From IMG/VR virus record IMGVR_UViG_3300003465_000008, positions 1-54,427 of that record: a stretch of 54,427 nucleotides of DNA; one strand, 5' to 3'. The notes beneath the pieces were generated by a model that saw only the letters and a list, made by a program, of their open reading frames with translations, ran no database searches and was not told where the DNA came from. Shown in pieces: positions 8,458 through 19,400 of the stretch. This stretch comes from a virus. Its lineage: Duplodnaviria; Caudoviricetes. The position numbers were made by a program, and so were the translations under genes. The stretch's first letter is position 1; the number at the start of each line of letters is the position of its first letter.

Positions 8458-8658
8458 TTACCTTCTCCCGGTCCTGCGCTGGCTACGACGTTCGCGCTTG
8501 GTGCGCGCCACTGTCGCGTTCGCTGCACGGATTGCGCGGCGTTCGGAATGGCCACGCTGCATCATGGAATTCGCGACGTTGGCCCATTGGCGACGCATGC
8601 GCTCACTACCGCGAGCTTTGCGAGTGTGACGCGTTGCGTCTGCGGCCGTGAACGGCAT
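8458..8658 (-). CDS. small basic ChaB-like phage protein
   Basis: RQWANVANS...ERRAIRAANA pattern. Confidence 0.55.
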   Translation of the reverse strand: MPFTAADATRHTRKARGSERMRRQWANVANSMMQRGHSERRAIRAANATVARTKRERRSQRRTGRR

Positions 8659-8662
8659 CGGA

Positions 8663-9013
8663 CTAGACCTTCGGCTTCATGTACGCGATAACCGCGATCG
8701 GCAGGAACACGAGCACGTCATACGACAGGCTCACGTACAGCGCCATCATCGTCCCGCTGTACATCGCTGCCGCCGTCAGCGCGAACGCTCCCGTCATCGC
8801 GAGGAGCGCCCCCGCCCTGGCGTTCAGCACCCGGCGAATTTCCGCGAGCAGTTCGACCAAATGCGGGGAGGCTCCCGATGATCTTGCGGATTGCGGCTCC
8901 GTCCTTGGCGCTGGCTCGGTCGAAGCCTCGAAAATCTGCGGCTGCGCCTGCTCCGTTGCCGTTTCTGGAACTTCCACTTCGCCTACCACCCTGAGATTTC
9001 CGCCGGAGTTCAT
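8663..9013 (-). CDS. hypothetical membrane protein
   Basis: Acidic N-terminus and two C-terminal TM segments; AGGAG RBS. Confidence 0.6.
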   Translation of the reverse strand: MNSGGNLRVVGEVEVPETATEQAQPQIFEASTEPAPRTEPQSARSSGASPHLVELLAEIRRVLNARAGALLAMTGAFALTAAAMYSGTMMALYVSLSYDVLVFLPIAVIAYMKPKV

Positions 9014-9308
9014 GCCCCATCTCCTGTAATTTCTTGCCTTCGCCAGAAGGAACGAGCGTTTTGCGCAGTCGTTCCCATGAAATCAGTTGCGAAAATAGCC
9101 GTGCCCGCATCGAATCCGTGGCGTCTTTGGCTTCGATGCGCTTCATCAGACTCGCGGCGACCCGATCCATCCTCGCGAGCCGCCGGTCCTTCGTCTCGGC
9201 TTCCTCGGATTCGGACGCGGGCTCGGGCGCGGGTTCACCATGCGCCTGCTCGGGCGACTCAATGCGCTCGGGCGCGTCGTCTGCGGCGGGAAGCTCAGAA
9301 GCGTCCAT
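8718..9308 (-). CDS. hypothetical protein (3' half overlaps 8663-9013 in another frame)
   Basis: Fills 9013-9308; start overlaps the end of the KTSC gene. Confidence 0.5.
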   Translation of the reverse strand: MDASELPAADDAPERIESPEQAHGEPAPEPASESEEAETKDRRLARMDRVAASLMKRIEAKDATDSMRARLFSQLISWERLRKTLVPSGEGKKLQEMGHELRRKSQGGRRSGSSRNGNGAGAAADFRGFDRASAKDGAAIRKIIGSLPAFGRTARGNSPGAERQGGGAPRDDGSVRADGGSDVQRDDDGAVREPVV

Positions 9309-9510
9309 ACTTGAAGCGGCCACGGATGCGGCCGTGAAAGAACGCGCCAGCCGAGGGGGCGCTGTGCAGTTCGGTCGCGAGTTCTGGACTCACGCCCTGG
9401 TAGCGGTAGCTGCCGCCCCGCTGGAACTGAACGACGAGCGTGCCCGTATCGTCGTCGTAGCCGATCTTCGCGATGTGGTCGGATGCGTACTTCGGGGGCC
9501 GCATGTCCAT
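9295..9510 (-). CDS. KTSC domain protein
   Basis: SDHIAKIGYD...TLVVQF..GGSYRY.GV...SAPSAG.FF. Confidence 0.85.
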   Translation of the reverse strand: MDMRPPKYASDHIAKIGYDDDTGTLVVQFQRGGSYRYQGVSPELATELHSAPSAGAFFHGRIRGRFKYGRF

Positions 9511-9518
9511 GATGGCGA

Positions 9519-9692
9519 CTAGTGTACTCCCAAGATGTGCGCAACCATCAATTCCAGCGCCAGTTGCACGTCGCGGTCATCGGCGAGCGGATCTTCCACG
9601 TAGGCTGCCGGGCGGCGCCTGGTCGGTGTTGGCGGCGGGGCCGCGTAGAAGGTATCGCCCGGCGCGAAGAGGCCCGGCCAGCCGCCGAACAT
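9519..9692 (-). CDS. hypothetical protein
   Basis: ATG abuts the upstream stop (TGATG). Confidence 0.45.
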   Translation of the reverse strand: MFGGWPGLFAPGDTFYAAPPPTPTRRRPAAYVEDPLADDRDVQLALELMVAHILGVH

Positions 9693-10909
9693 CAGCCACC
9701 CCCCGTCAGCATGAAACGGTCGGCGCGCTTCACGCCCGGCGCCGCGTCTCGCATCGCCGCGATCACGGCCGCGTCCACTAGGTCGGGATGCACCCACCAA
9801 TCCTCGAAACTGTTGTAGGCGTCGGGCGCAATGTCGCCCGCCACGAGCGCGTAGCCGTGCGAGCGCAGGTAGCTGCGGCTGCGCTCCTTGATGCCGGGCG
9901 TGCAGTAGTCGTCGTGCTCGAAGGTGAGAACGGCAAACCGATGGCGCTCAAGCGGCAAATTCAGTAGCACGGTGAGCGAGGTCAGCGCCGGGTCCACGTC
10001 AATCTGCAGGTAGTCGTAATCGCCTTCGAGCAACGCGGCGTAGTCGATCTGCGTGGCGTCGGCTACCAGCACGGTGCTCTGCCGACCGGCGGCGCGGAAC
10101 CGCTTATCCGTGTCGGGGTTGCGGTCGATCGAGATTCCCGACCAGCCCCACTCTTCGAGCAGTTTCGTATTGTTGCCGAATAGCGGATCGCCGCACCCGA
10201 TTTCGAGAAACCTACCGTCGCGCTTTCCAGCGAGCATCGTGAGCACGAATACGTCCTGATAAACCTGCGAGTAGTTGGTCTGGATGGCCTTCGCGCCGGG
10301 AAACTTCACGCGCAGCCGCTCGTACTGACTGGCATCGTAGGCGATCGGGTCGCGCCAGCTTTGCCCGCCGAGATTCTTCAAGTTGTTCTGGACGGCCGTG
10401 ATGTGGACAGGCAGCATGGTCGGGTTCTTATTCAGTTCGCGAAACAGGTGAACGGACTGATCGAAAAGTCCGATCCACCAGCCCGCAACCGCCTGCTCAA
10501 AAACGAGCGCGTAACTCCCCGGATAGTCCACGTTCGTCCGCAATGGCTCGCGCGCTTCGGAAAGCCGCTGCCCGAGAACGGCGAACGTGTAGGCTTCCTG
10601 CCAGTCCTTGTTCACTTCGTAGAGACGGCTCAACAGAAAATAGGCTTCGGGCCGCTCGGGCTTGAGCGCGATGGCACGCAGGAGTACGCCTTTCGTCAGC
10701 ATCACGCGGTCGCCCTGACGACTGAAACAGTTGGCGGCGCGTAGCAGCGCTTCGTAGGCGAGGAGCGCGTCGGCGGCGAATTCCGCCGTGCGAACGTAGA
10801 ACCCGGCTGCGGGCGCGGTTTGCCGCTGATCCTCGTACCAGATGCCGAGCGCGAAGTTCGCTTCGGCGTCCTCGGGTGCGCTCACGTAGCGCAAGAGTTC
10901 TGGATTCAT
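9692..10909 (-). CDS. TPR-repeat plus FkbM-like SAM methyltransferase fusion
   Basis: N-terminal TPR-like helices (AIALKPERPEAYFLLS); C-terminal SQVYQD..V...FLEIG..DP..GNNT..LE..GW.G...DYLQIDVD...FEDWWVHP; ATGA coupling. Confidence 0.8.
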   Translation of the reverse strand: MNPELLRYVSAPEDAEANFALGIWYEDQRQTAPAAGFYVRTAEFAADALLAYEALLRAANCFSRQGDRVMLTKGVLLRAIALKPERPEAYFLLSRLYEVNKDWQEAYTFAVLGQRLSEAREPLRTNVDYPGSYALVFEQAVAGWWIGLFDQSVHLFRELNKNPTMLPVHITAVQNNLKNLGGQSWRDPIAYDASQYERLRVKFPGAKAIQTNYSQVYQDVFVLTMLAGKRDGRFLEIGCGDPLFGNNTKLLEEWGWSGISIDRNPDTDKRFRAAGRQSTVLVADATQIDYAALLEGDYDYLQIDVDPALTSLTVLLNLPLERHRFAVLTFEHDDYCTPGIKERSRSYLRSHGYALVAGDIAPDAYNSFEDWWVHPDLVDAAVIAAMRDAAPGVKRADRFMLTGGG

Positions 10910-12714
10910 GTCGGCACGCCGTTTTCGCACTTCCGGCACAGATCGAACGGTGTGCCGTCCGCAGGCAGCAGTTCGTCGTAGTCCTGCCGGAAAAGGTTGC
11001 CAAGCGGATGCTCGATTGCGTAGTCCATGCAACACAGCGCCACGTCGCCGTTCGGCAGCAGCACGTTGTGATACAGGCGCTCCGGGCACCCGCACGTCGT
11101 GGGTTTCTCCTGCCGCACGACGTGAATCACATCCGGCCCCTGCACGTTGCCTGCCCGCGAATACATACCCGGCTGCACGGCGTCGGGAAACATGGCTTCG
11201 AGTTCGGGCGCGAGCTTTCCCATCCGCATCGCGCGGAAGTTCGTAAGCGGTCGCGCACGCAGTGCTTCCAACACGGCCATGTAGGAGGCCGTGAGCTTGT
11301 GCGTGAACTTGCCGTCCACATCGGGCAAGTGGAGCACGAAGCCGCCCTGCACGCCGCCAAACGGGATAGGCCGCAGGCGCTCTACATCGTCTACGGTCAT
11401 ACCGACAGCCGTTGTGAACACCGACACCCGGTGCCCGCGCTCGTGCGCGTGCATGATCATCGGCAGACAGTCCCGGTTCGCAAACGGCTCCACGAATCCC
11501 GCGAACGTGATCTGCACAGCTGGCGGTACTTTGCCGAGCATCGTCGAGAAGTCCTCGAACTTGAGGAATCGCTCCGGCACCTGGTAAGCGGCGACGAGCG
11601 GTGCTTGCGGGCAAACCGTGCAGGCCATCGGGCAACCGCGCTTCGGAACGGCCGTCGTGACTTCTAGCGTCGGGTACTTGGTCGCCCGCCACTTCTCGCG
11701 CTTAGGATGAACCTTCGCACCGAGTAGCGACTGGATCATCGCCTCCGGCACGCGAAGGATGAACGCGGCGTTATCCTGAAAGCCGAAGGTGAGCAGCCAG
11801 TCGTTTTCGTGGACCGCCATCCCGCAGCAGAATTCGACTTCGCCGGCCATGAAGGAAAAGCGTTCCGTGATCGTGACGATGCGCCAGTCGCGGTCGTACA
11901 CCACGAACCGATGCCAGTAGGTCGCATCCTTCTGCCCGGCCTGATTTTTCTTCAAGTCCACGTCATGCACGATGCACACGTAGTATCCGCACCACGGCAC
12001 AACCTGCGAACTGCCGCGCAGGAAAGGCAGGCCGTCCACCTTGCCCGCTTCATCCGGCTCCATCACGCGCCGCGACGACAAGTCCGCCAGATCCGCGCGC
12101 ACCACTTCGGCCGGGTTCGCCCACTTCACGAAGTGGAAGGGTTGATCCAGCACCGGCATCCAGTTTTTCTCGCAGTACCACTTGGGATCAACCGGATGCT
12201 CGATGCGATAGCGCGCGACTTCCTTTACTTCGGTTTCGCTAACCGAAAGCTCGGACAATTCCATGCGGCCCTGTCCGTTCGTCGTCGTGTCGCGCCGCAC
12301 GCCGATGCCGTAGAGCCGGCCGTCCCAACGCACGAGCCGCGCGTCCTCTAGCCCCACGAATTCCCATAGCGGCGGCACGTCTAACTTGCTCGTGTCGATC
12401 TTCCACCAGCGCTCGACGCTCAAGTCCGGCGCGAGTTTGCACAGGAAGTTCGTCGTGCGCAGATGTACGTCGTGTTCCGGGTTCAGGTAGGAAAGCGGCC
12501 CCCACCGGCTATTGAACGTCTGGTCGTTCTCGCAGTGATACAGCGTGTAGTTGACGTTGCGTAGGATGCACCAGATTTCACCGCGCTCCACGAACACCGA
12601 TGGGTTGCAGAGTCCCAAACCGCCGGATGCGCTCGCCGGAATCGTGAGCGGCACGATCGCGCCGCCGCGCGCGAGGACCGCGCCGACCAGGTTGCGCGTC
12701 AAAGGGGCAGCCAT
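10906..12714 (-). CDS. GH130-like five-bladed beta-propeller fused to a radical SAM/SPASM-twitch domain
   Basis: NPSV, GLEDARL, EKNWMP, LRGSS, YWHRF in the N-terminal part; CPMACTVC and LPNGDVALCCMD...GNL...CRKC in the C-terminal part. Confidence 0.75.
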   Translation of the reverse strand: MAAPLTRNLVGAVLARGGAIVPLTIPASASGGLGLCNPSVFVERGEIWCILRNVNYTLYHCENDQTFNSRWGPLSYLNPEHDVHLRTTNFLCKLAPDLSVERWWKIDTSKLDVPPLWEFVGLEDARLVRWDGRLYGIGVRRDTTTNGQGRMELSELSVSETEVKEVARYRIEHPVDPKWYCEKNWMPVLDQPFHFVKWANPAEVVRADLADLSSRRVMEPDEAGKVDGLPFLRGSSQVVPWCGYYVCIVHDVDLKKNQAGQKDATYWHRFVVYDRDWRIVTITERFSFMAGEVEFCCGMAVHENDWLLTFGFQDNAAFILRVPEAMIQSLLGAKVHPKREKWRATKYPTLEVTTAVPKRGCPMACTVCPQAPLVAAYQVPERFLKFEDFSTMLGKVPPAVQITFAGFVEPFANRDCLPMIMHAHERGHRVSVFTTAVGMTVDDVERLRPIPFGGVQGGFVLHLPDVDGKFTHKLTASYMAVLEALRARPLTNFRAMRMGKLAPELEAMFPDAVQPGMYSRAGNVQGPDVIHVVRQEKPTTCGCPERLYHNVLLPNGDVALCCMDYAIEHPLGNLFRQDYDELLPADGTPFDLCRKCENGVPT

Positions 12715-13202
12715 GCCCGCTCGCCGAGGTCAAACACTGCCGTCGCCCTTGGATTGCTTTCAGCTTGCCGCACTTGCTCGCGCGCGGCCTCGGCGCATGC
12801 GCCAAACGAGTCCATGTCCCATTCATCGCCCGCAAAGTCCGCCGTGCAGGGGCACGCTTGCCAGTGAACGGCGATGGCGCCAGCGTCATCCACGGCTACC
12901 GGAAACGCGCGGCAGGCGAGCGGCCGCTGCTCGTAGATGCCGCAGACCGCGCGTCCATCCTGAAAGCTCAGATTCGGACAGCGCGAGACGCCGAGCTGGT
13001 AGGCAAACACGCGGTCGCCCGCCCGCAGCAGCGGAAATACCATTGCGGCCGGAAAGTGTTGCGCTTCTTCCGGCGTCAGGTACATGCCGAATTCATCGCC
13101 CGGCCCAGTGCATCCCGTGCGCGTGCAGCACTGGCCGCCGCGCTTACATTCAAACGCGCGCGGCATCCTCAAGCCTGCGGACCCGCACGAGAAGGTCATC
13201 AA
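12699..13202 (-). CDS. YkgJ/FliB-like Cys-cluster (Fe-S/Zn) protein
   Basis: [10 protein letters not shown]...RCPNL...[15 protein letters not shown]. Confidence 0.8.
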   Translation of the reverse strand: MMTFSCGSAGLRMPRAFECKRGGQCCTRTGCTGPGDEFGMYLTPEEAQHFPAAMVFPLLRAGDRVFAYQLGVSRCPNLSFQDGRAVCGIYEQRPLACRAFPVAVDDAGAIAVHWQACPCTADFAGDEWDMDSFGACAEAAREQVRQAESNPRATAVFDLGERAWLPL

Positions 13203-14427
13203 TCGTCGCCGTGTGTTCCTTGATCGCGTTCACGGTCGCCATGACGATCGGGTGTATCTGATAGTGCAGGATGTCGGTTTCCTCGGCGTCTCCGGGATGC
13301 AGTTTCCCGCGCTCCGTATACACCGCCTCGGGGATCACGGTTTGCAGTTGGTCGGCAATCAGACCGATCACGTCGCGGCCGTCGTTCGGCGTGTCGTACA
13401 GGCCGTTGTACTTGAAGATGCAAGGCTCGACGCTGATAACGGTCTGCACGCCGTCACGGTAAGGCCGGATGTCGCGCTTCAAACGGATGTCGGAACCCGT
13501 GGCACCTTGCGGCCCTTGCGTGCCCTGGGTGCCCTGCGTTCCGGTCGCACCCTGCGTGCCGGTCGCGCCTTGACTGCCGGTCGCGCCTTGACTGCCGGTC
13601 GCGCCTTGACTGCCGGTCGCACCTTGCGTACCCGTGGTTCCCGTCGTTCCCTGCGTGCCTGTTGCCCCTTGGCTGCCGGTCGTACCTTGCGCACCCGTCG
13701 TGCCTTGGCTGCCTTGCGTGCCAGCGGCTCCCTGCGATCCAGTCGTGCCCTGCGTGCCCGTGGTGCCGGTCGCACCTTGGGTTCCCGTCGCACCTTGGCT
13801 GCCGGTCGCGCCCTGCGTGCCGGTAGCGCCCTGACTGCCTTGCGTACCCGCAGCGCCTTGCGCACCCTGCGCTCCTGTGGTCCCTGCGTCCCCTTGCGCT
13901 CCGGTCGCGCCTTGCGTTCCCGTTGCGCCCTGAGAGCCGGTCGTACCTTGCGCACCCGTCGTACCCTGCGTCCCGGTCGCGCCCTGCGCGCCGTTACTCC
14001 CAGCCGCACCCTGACTGCCAGTAGCTCCCTGAGTTCCCGTAGTTCCCGTCGCACCTTGCGCACCTGTCGGTCCCTGAGCGCCAGTCGCTCCCTGCGCGCC
14101 TTGAGGCCCAGGTAGCGCGTCCTCGATGTCCGTCAGCGTCTTTTTCGTGATCGTCGCGGCAACCTGATCGCCCACAATGACCGCGCGCGCCGTAGTGCCT
14201 TCCTGCGCGCGCGTGATCGTGAATGTGTCGCCAACGATGGCGGTCACGCGCACAATCTCGGCATTCGTCGGAATCGCCAGTTCGCCAGCCGCAGCGACAG
14301 TCATGTTGAAAGGTGGCGTCGGAAAGAGCGCGCCTTCGCCAGTCGTAACAACGAGCGAGCCGCCGCTCGCAGCCGGACTCGGCGCGACCGCCACATGACT
14401 ATTCGCAAAGTTCTTATGCTGATCCAC
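13150..14427 (-). CDS. collagen-like fibre 2 with C-terminal S74 intramolecular chaperone
   Basis: GTG start with GGAGG; about 68 uninterrupted Gly-X-Y triplets; SDIRLKRDI...FKYN...[13 protein letters not shown]. Confidence 0.85.
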   Translation of the reverse strand: MDQHKNFANSHVAVAPSPAASGGSLVVTTGEGALFPTPPFNMTVAAAGELAIPTNAEIVRVTAIVGDTFTITRAQEGTTARAVIVGDQVAATITKKTLTDIEDALPGPQGAQGATGAQGPTGAQGATGTTGTQGATGSQGAAGSNGAQGATGTQGTTGAQGTTGSQGATGTQGATGAQGDAGTTGAQGAQGAAGTQGSQGATGTQGATGSQGATGTQGATGTTGTQGTTGSQGAAGTQGSQGTTGAQGTTGSQGATGTQGTTGTTGTQGATGSQGATGSQGATGSQGATGTQGATGTQGTQGTQGPQGATGSDIRLKRDIRPYRDGVQTVISVEPCIFKYNGLYDTPNDGRDVIGLIADQLQTVIPEAVYTERGKLHPGDAEETDILHYQIHPIVMATVNAIKEHTATIDDLLVRVRRLEDAARV

Positions 14428-15718
14428 GGCGAGCCTCCAAGCGACGCACGCGCTCAAGTAGCGCGGTAAGCGTTGTGCCGTGTTCGCGCACGGCGTTGAC
14501 ATTGGCGAGCGCGAGCGGCGTCACGTCGTAGTGCAGGATGTCGGTTTCTGCGGCGTCCGTAGGCCGGAGTTTGCCGCGCACCGGGAATACCGATTCGGGA
14601 ATCAGGAGTTGCAGTTGATTCGCAATGATGTCCACCACGTCGCGGCCGTCCGTGGGGGTGTCATAGAGGCCGTTGTACTTGAATCGGTACGGCTCAACGC
14701 CGATCACGGTTTGCACGGCGTCAGCGTAGCGGCGGATCTGGCGCTTGAGCCGAACGTCCGAGGACGCGCCCTTTTTGCCCTGTACGCCTTGACGACCCTG
14801 CGAACCCTGTGCGCCCTGACTGCCCGTGGCCCCCTGCGTGCTGCTCGCCGTGCCCTGCGTGCCCGTCGTTCCGGTACTTCCCTGTGCGCCCGTGTCACCC
14901 TGAGCGCCGACAGCACCCTGCGTGCTGCTCGCCGTGCCTTGCGTGCCGGTCGTTCCGGTTGCGCCTTGAGCGCCGTCGGTGCCTTGCGTGCTGCTGGCAG
15001 TCCCTTGGGTGCCGGTCGTGCCCTGCGCGCCTTGGCTGCCAGTCGCACCTTGAGTCGAGTTAGCCGTGCCTTGCGTGCCGGTCGTTCCGGTTGCGCCTTG
15101 AGCGCCGTCGGTGCCTTGCGTGCTGCTGGCAGCGCCCTGTGCTCCCGTGCTTCCTTGCGCACCAGCACCTTGCGCGCCGGTCGCTCCCTGTGTGCTGCTC
15201 GCCGTACCCTGCGTGCCAGTAGTACCCGTCGCCCCTTGCGCACCGACCGCCCCTTGCGCACCGACAGCGCCTTGCACCCCGCCAGCCGTGCCATCGGTGC
15301 CCTGCGCGCCTACTGGCCCTTGCGGGCCGGTCACGCCCTGCGCCCCTGTGGCGCCTTGCGTCGTGCTCGAGCTTCCCTGCGCCCCCGCCGGCCCCTGCAT
15401 CGAATCCTCAATGTCGGTGATGACCTTCACCGTGATCGAGGCCGCGATCTGGTCGCCGACAAGGATCGCACGAGCTGTACTGCCCTCCTGCGCGCGCACC
15501 ACGGTCAGAGCATCGCCAACAATGCCGGTTACGCGCAGGATCTCGGCATTGGAAGCGAGCGGGATCGCGGCGGCAGGCCAAACCGAGACGTTGAACGGCG
15601 CGGCGGGGAAGCGCGCCCCCTCACCCGTCGCAACCGAGAGCGCAAGGCCGTAATCCGGCGGCGCTGGCGCTACTGCGACTGTTGAGTAAGCGAGATTCGC
15701 GTGTGCATCGAAACTCAT
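14414..15718 (-). CDS. collagen-like fibre 1 with C-terminal S74 chaperone (paralog of fibre 2)
   Basis: Shared N-terminal domain (EILRVT...RAQEGS.AR...GDQ); interrupted Gly-X-Y; SDVRLKRQI. Confidence 0.85.
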   Translation of the reverse strand: MSFDAHANLAYSTVAVAPAPPDYGLALSVATGEGARFPAAPFNVSVWPAAAIPLASNAEILRVTGIVGDALTVVRAQEGSTARAILVGDQIAASITVKVITDIEDSMQGPAGAQGSSSTTQGATGAQGVTGPQGPVGAQGTDGTAGGVQGAVGAQGAVGAQGATGTTGTQGTASSTQGATGAQGAGAQGSTGAQGAASSTQGTDGAQGATGTTGTQGTANSTQGATGSQGAQGTTGTQGTASSTQGTDGAQGATGTTGTQGTASSTQGAVGAQGDTGAQGSTGTTGTQGTASSTQGATGSQGAQGSQGRQGVQGKKGASSDVRLKRQIRRYADAVQTVIGVEPYRFKYNGLYDTPTDGRDVVDIIANQLQLLIPESVFPVRGKLRPTDAAETDILHYDVTPLALANVNAVREHGTTLTALLERVRRLEARRGSA

Positions 15719-15740
15719 CCGACCACGCGCAGGTAAACCG

Positions 15741-16463
15741 TCATGTTTCCCCTTTCAGGCTCGCGTGCGCAAGCTCGATGCGCCCGCGTGCGTCCCGCCC
15801 GAACACGAACCGATACAGCGCCTTCCCTTCTGCGGATTCAACCACGGCGACAGCCGCTTGCAAAGCGCCGCGGCCGTTCCGCTCGAAGTCAAAGGCGATT
15901 GCCGTGGGAGCGGTCCGCACCTTGACGTGCTCGACGCGCACCACTTCCCGCGGCACCCGGCGAGCCGCTTCCTGCGCCGCAGCAAGTTCCTTCTGCGCGC
16001 GCGCTAAGTTCGTCCGCTGGCCGGCGAGGTCCGCGTTAACCTTCGCCATCGCTTCGTCCTTCGCGACGAGCAGTGCTTGCGCCTCGGCGTGCCACGCGCG
16101 CGTTTGCGCGAGGTCGCGGCGCAGTTCCTCCATCTGTTTCGCGCCCGCCTTGCGCTCCTCGCTTGCCCGCATCGCCTGCTCGCGCACGTCCGAGTGTGCA
16201 TTGGCAAGCGCCTGGCGCGCATCGGCATGCCGGAACTGCTCGTTTTCCAGCCGTTCCTCTAGTTGCCCGATCACGGCTTCCAGCCGCTTTTTCTCTTGCG
16301 CGCGTTCGGCCTTTTCCTCGGCAAGCGCGCGCTTGACCACTTCGTAGCGCGCCATGCTTTCGCGGATGTCGGCCAACTGCGTTTCCAGCGCACGCAGCGA
16401 GCCGAACTGCTCGCGGGACTTTTCCCAGCGCGAGGATTCCCAGCCGGGTTCCGGTGCGCTCAT
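15741..16463 (-). CDS. coiled-coil hypothetical protein
   Basis: 240-aa heptad-rich ORF, ATGA coupled. Confidence 0.65.
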   Translation of the reverse strand: MSAPEPGWESSRWEKSREQFGSLRALETQLADIRESMARYEVVKRALAEEKAERAQEKKRLEAVIGQLEERLENEQFRHADARQALANAHSDVREQAMRASEERKAGAKQMEELRRDLAQTRAWHAEAQALLVAKDEAMAKVNADLAGQRTNLARAQKELAAAQEAARRVPREVVRVEHVKVRTAPTAIAFDFERNGRGALQAAVAVVESAEGKALYRFVFGRDARGRIELAHASLKGET

Positions 16464-19400
16464 TTCTTGCGGCGCAGCACTTCGCCGTCCGGTGCGATGC
16501 GGTAGTCGTACTTCTCGGGCTGATAGGTCCAGCCCTCTGCTTCGACTGCTGCCTTGATGTCGGGCGCGGCCGGCGACGCAGGCGCAGCCGGTGTCTCTGG
16601 TGTTGCGGCTTGCGCAGGCGCGGTGCGCGCTGGTTTATGCGGGCGCAACTGCTGCGGGTGAAAGTAGGGACTCTCGGATTCCTTGCCCTCCTGCTCTTTC
16701 AGGCTCCGCATGCCGCGCTCCGCGGTTTCCGTGAACACGCGGTAGCCGTGCGCCTTGTAGGAGTGCCCGAGGTCGGCTTCGCCGAGCAGCGCCTTGCCTT
16801 TCTTCGCGACATCGTTCAGCGCATTGCGCAGGCTTTCCGCCATCTGCGGATTCGTCGCGCTCTGGCGCACGAGATCCTCAATCTTGATGCCCTGGCGCTG
16901 CGCTTCCTGTAGCAGAGGGCCGTACTGCTCGGTAATCAGCCGGTCCACGAACTGCGGATTGGTGAACGCATCGCCCAACACGTGATCCCACTTGCGCATG
17001 CCGCGCGTGCCGAAATACTTGGCACCAATGTAGAGCGTGTTCCAGACATTGCCCGTCTTGCCAGCCGCGAGCGCCCACATTTTGTTCGCGATGTTTTCAA
17101 TCTTCATCCCGGCAGCGCGTTCCAATGGATCGACGTGCAACTGCATACGGTAACTCAGGTTGTCGCCGCCGGTCGTCTGCCAGCCGCGTTCGTAGACCTT
17201 GCGACCGAGCGAGAGCGTCATCAGTTTGTCGTAGAGCGTCGGGTCTTGCGCATCGAAGATCGGCTTGAGTTCCTTGCGGTGCGCGGACAGAAACTCGGCT
17301 GCCATCTGCGGCGTCATGCCTTGCAGGATTTCGCCGTACTCGTAGGCGAGCGCCTGCGCGGCTTCGGGGTTGCGCTTCGCCATGTCCTGCATGCGGCGCA
17401 TGAAGTCTGCCGAGCGCACGTTTTGCAGGAGCACGCGCTGCGGTTCGGTCGAGTTGAGCAGCGCCCGCACTTGCGCGGTCGTCACGTTGTCTTTTAGCAC
17501 CGCGAGGTCATCCGCGCGCTTGGAAAGCGTCTCGGCGGTCGCCTCGATGCTTGCAAAGCGCTCGCGCACCTTCGGGAAGGCAGCGAGGAAATCCTTGTGC
17601 TGCGCGAGAAACTGCTGCACTACTTTCTCGGTCAACGTGCGCGACTTCACATGCGCGGCGAAGGTGTCGGCAATCGCCTGCTCGACGAGCTGGCCTGCGG
17701 TCGGGTCTTCGCCAAACACGCGCTTGAATTCAGCCGCCCCTTGTGCGCCACGCGAAAGGTACGGTCGGAGCGTGTCCTGCTCAGGCGTCTGGAACCCGAA
17801 CTTCGTTTCGTTCACCATGCGGCCGGCAGCGCCCTTACGGAACACGTCCACGAAGTTCGTCTGGTACGCCTGATTGATGTCGCCGAGCACCTTCGAGACG
17901 CCTTCGTTCGTTTCCTTGATGCGCGTCCCGAGCCGGTCCTTCATGTCGTTGAGCAACCGCGCCTCATTCGGCGTGAGCGCGCTCGTGAACAAGTCCTCGT
18001 TGATCGCCTTGTAGAAGCTATGCACTTCCTCCATCGAAGCCGGAACCTGCGCGGCACCGAGTTCTTCGGCCTGCAAGTCCTGCCGCAGTGCGCGGATGCG
18101 GTTTTGCAGCATCGTCTGCTGTTTGCCTTCCGCGCTTGCTGCCCGCGTTTGCAGATCGGCGAGTTCGGATGCCTTCTTTTCCGACTCGCCCATCCGGTTG
18201 ATGCGCGCCTTCAAAAATCCGTAGGTCGAGGGAAAGCGCGTCGCGGCGGCACCGGGCGCGGCTTCGAGTTTCAGGATGTCGGCGTAGAAGTCCCCGAGGT
18301 TCATCTGGAACCCGGCTTCGTCGGCCATCTTGTAGAGCGCCTGGTACTGCTCGTTGAACGAGCGCTGCACCGACCGCGCCGCGTTATTCCGCAGTTTGAT
18401 GAGCGCTTCGCCGTCTGCCTTCGTGAAGAAGTCGCCTGCCGTTAGCCGCTCCTGCAACTCGATCCACTTGCCCTGATTGGCTTCGAGTTCCTTCGTGATC
18501 TTATAGAGGTCGGATTTCGTGATCTCGTCCACGACTTCGCGCGCGGTCTTGTTGCCGCTCGTCAGCATGCTTTCCGCGTACAGGTTGAGCGCGCGCATCG
18601 CCTGCGCCTGGCTGGTCGCAATCGACATCGCGACGTAATCGTTGCGCGCCGCGGCTTTCAGGCCGGCGTCCAGAATCGAGGACGAGCCGGTATGCATCGC
18701 GAGGTTCGGCTGAAAGCCGGGAATCTTCTCGGCGGCTTCCCGTGCCTCCTTCGCGAAAACGGCCGTGTTGGGTTGCGCGTCGAGCGCCTTCTTGAATTCG
18801 CGGCCGAGGTTGCTCGCGCGAAACTGCTCGACTTCCTTCACCATCATGCTCGCCGTGCTTTTCGCCTTCTCGGGGTCCATGCCCTGCGCAATCAGGCGCT
18901 CGGTCAGGTCGGAGGAGCGTTTCAGTAAGTCCTTGCCGCGATACCACGACATTTCAATCGCGGTGGGCAGCGCGAGTTCCGCAATGCCGCCGCCCGCGAG
19001 TCCACCAGCCATGATTGCCACGGCGCGCGCGATCGGGCTATCGGGCATCATGTGCTCGCCAAACGCCTGCCCGAGTTCCATGCCTCCAGCCGCGCCGGTA
19101 GAAGAAAGAGTTTCGCGGCCAAGTTGCATGAGTTTGCCGAACGTGCCGGGGCGCGTCGCGATGTTCACAGCCGAGATAGGGCCGCCCGCACCCATGACTT
19201 CCCCGACGTTGCCGAGAAAGCCGCTGAACGGCCCCGGTGCCGCCTTTTCATCCGCCGTGCCAAAAGTTTCTCCAACCATCTTGCGATAGCGCGCAAACGA
19301 CTCGCGCAGCGGCTTGACTGCGGCCTGACCGCTTACGTTGTACGACTTCGGAGACAGAAACAGCAGTTCGACGATATTCGGGCCGAGTGTCGCGTTGTCG

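Noticed and set aside
10910-11692. N-terminal ~260 aa of the 666-aa ORF 9692-11692
   Set aside because: Overlaps the radical SAM domain in another frame; the ATGA-coupled start at 10909 is much more plausible
13240-14760. Similar C-terminal segments of the two fibre genes as a DGR template/variable pair
   Set aside because: No reverse transcriptase is present, both copies are coding, and the differences are not adenine-specific; simple paralogy explains it
13495-15395. Tandem 9/18-bp repeats as a CRISPR array or non-coding satellite
   Set aside because: They are codon-degenerate Gly-X-Y coding repeats with no unique spacers and no cas genes
13084-15685. Long + strand ORFs (13084-14115, 14480-15685) and alternative-frame Arg-rich ORFs
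   Set aside because: Shadow frames of repetitive GC-rich collagen genes
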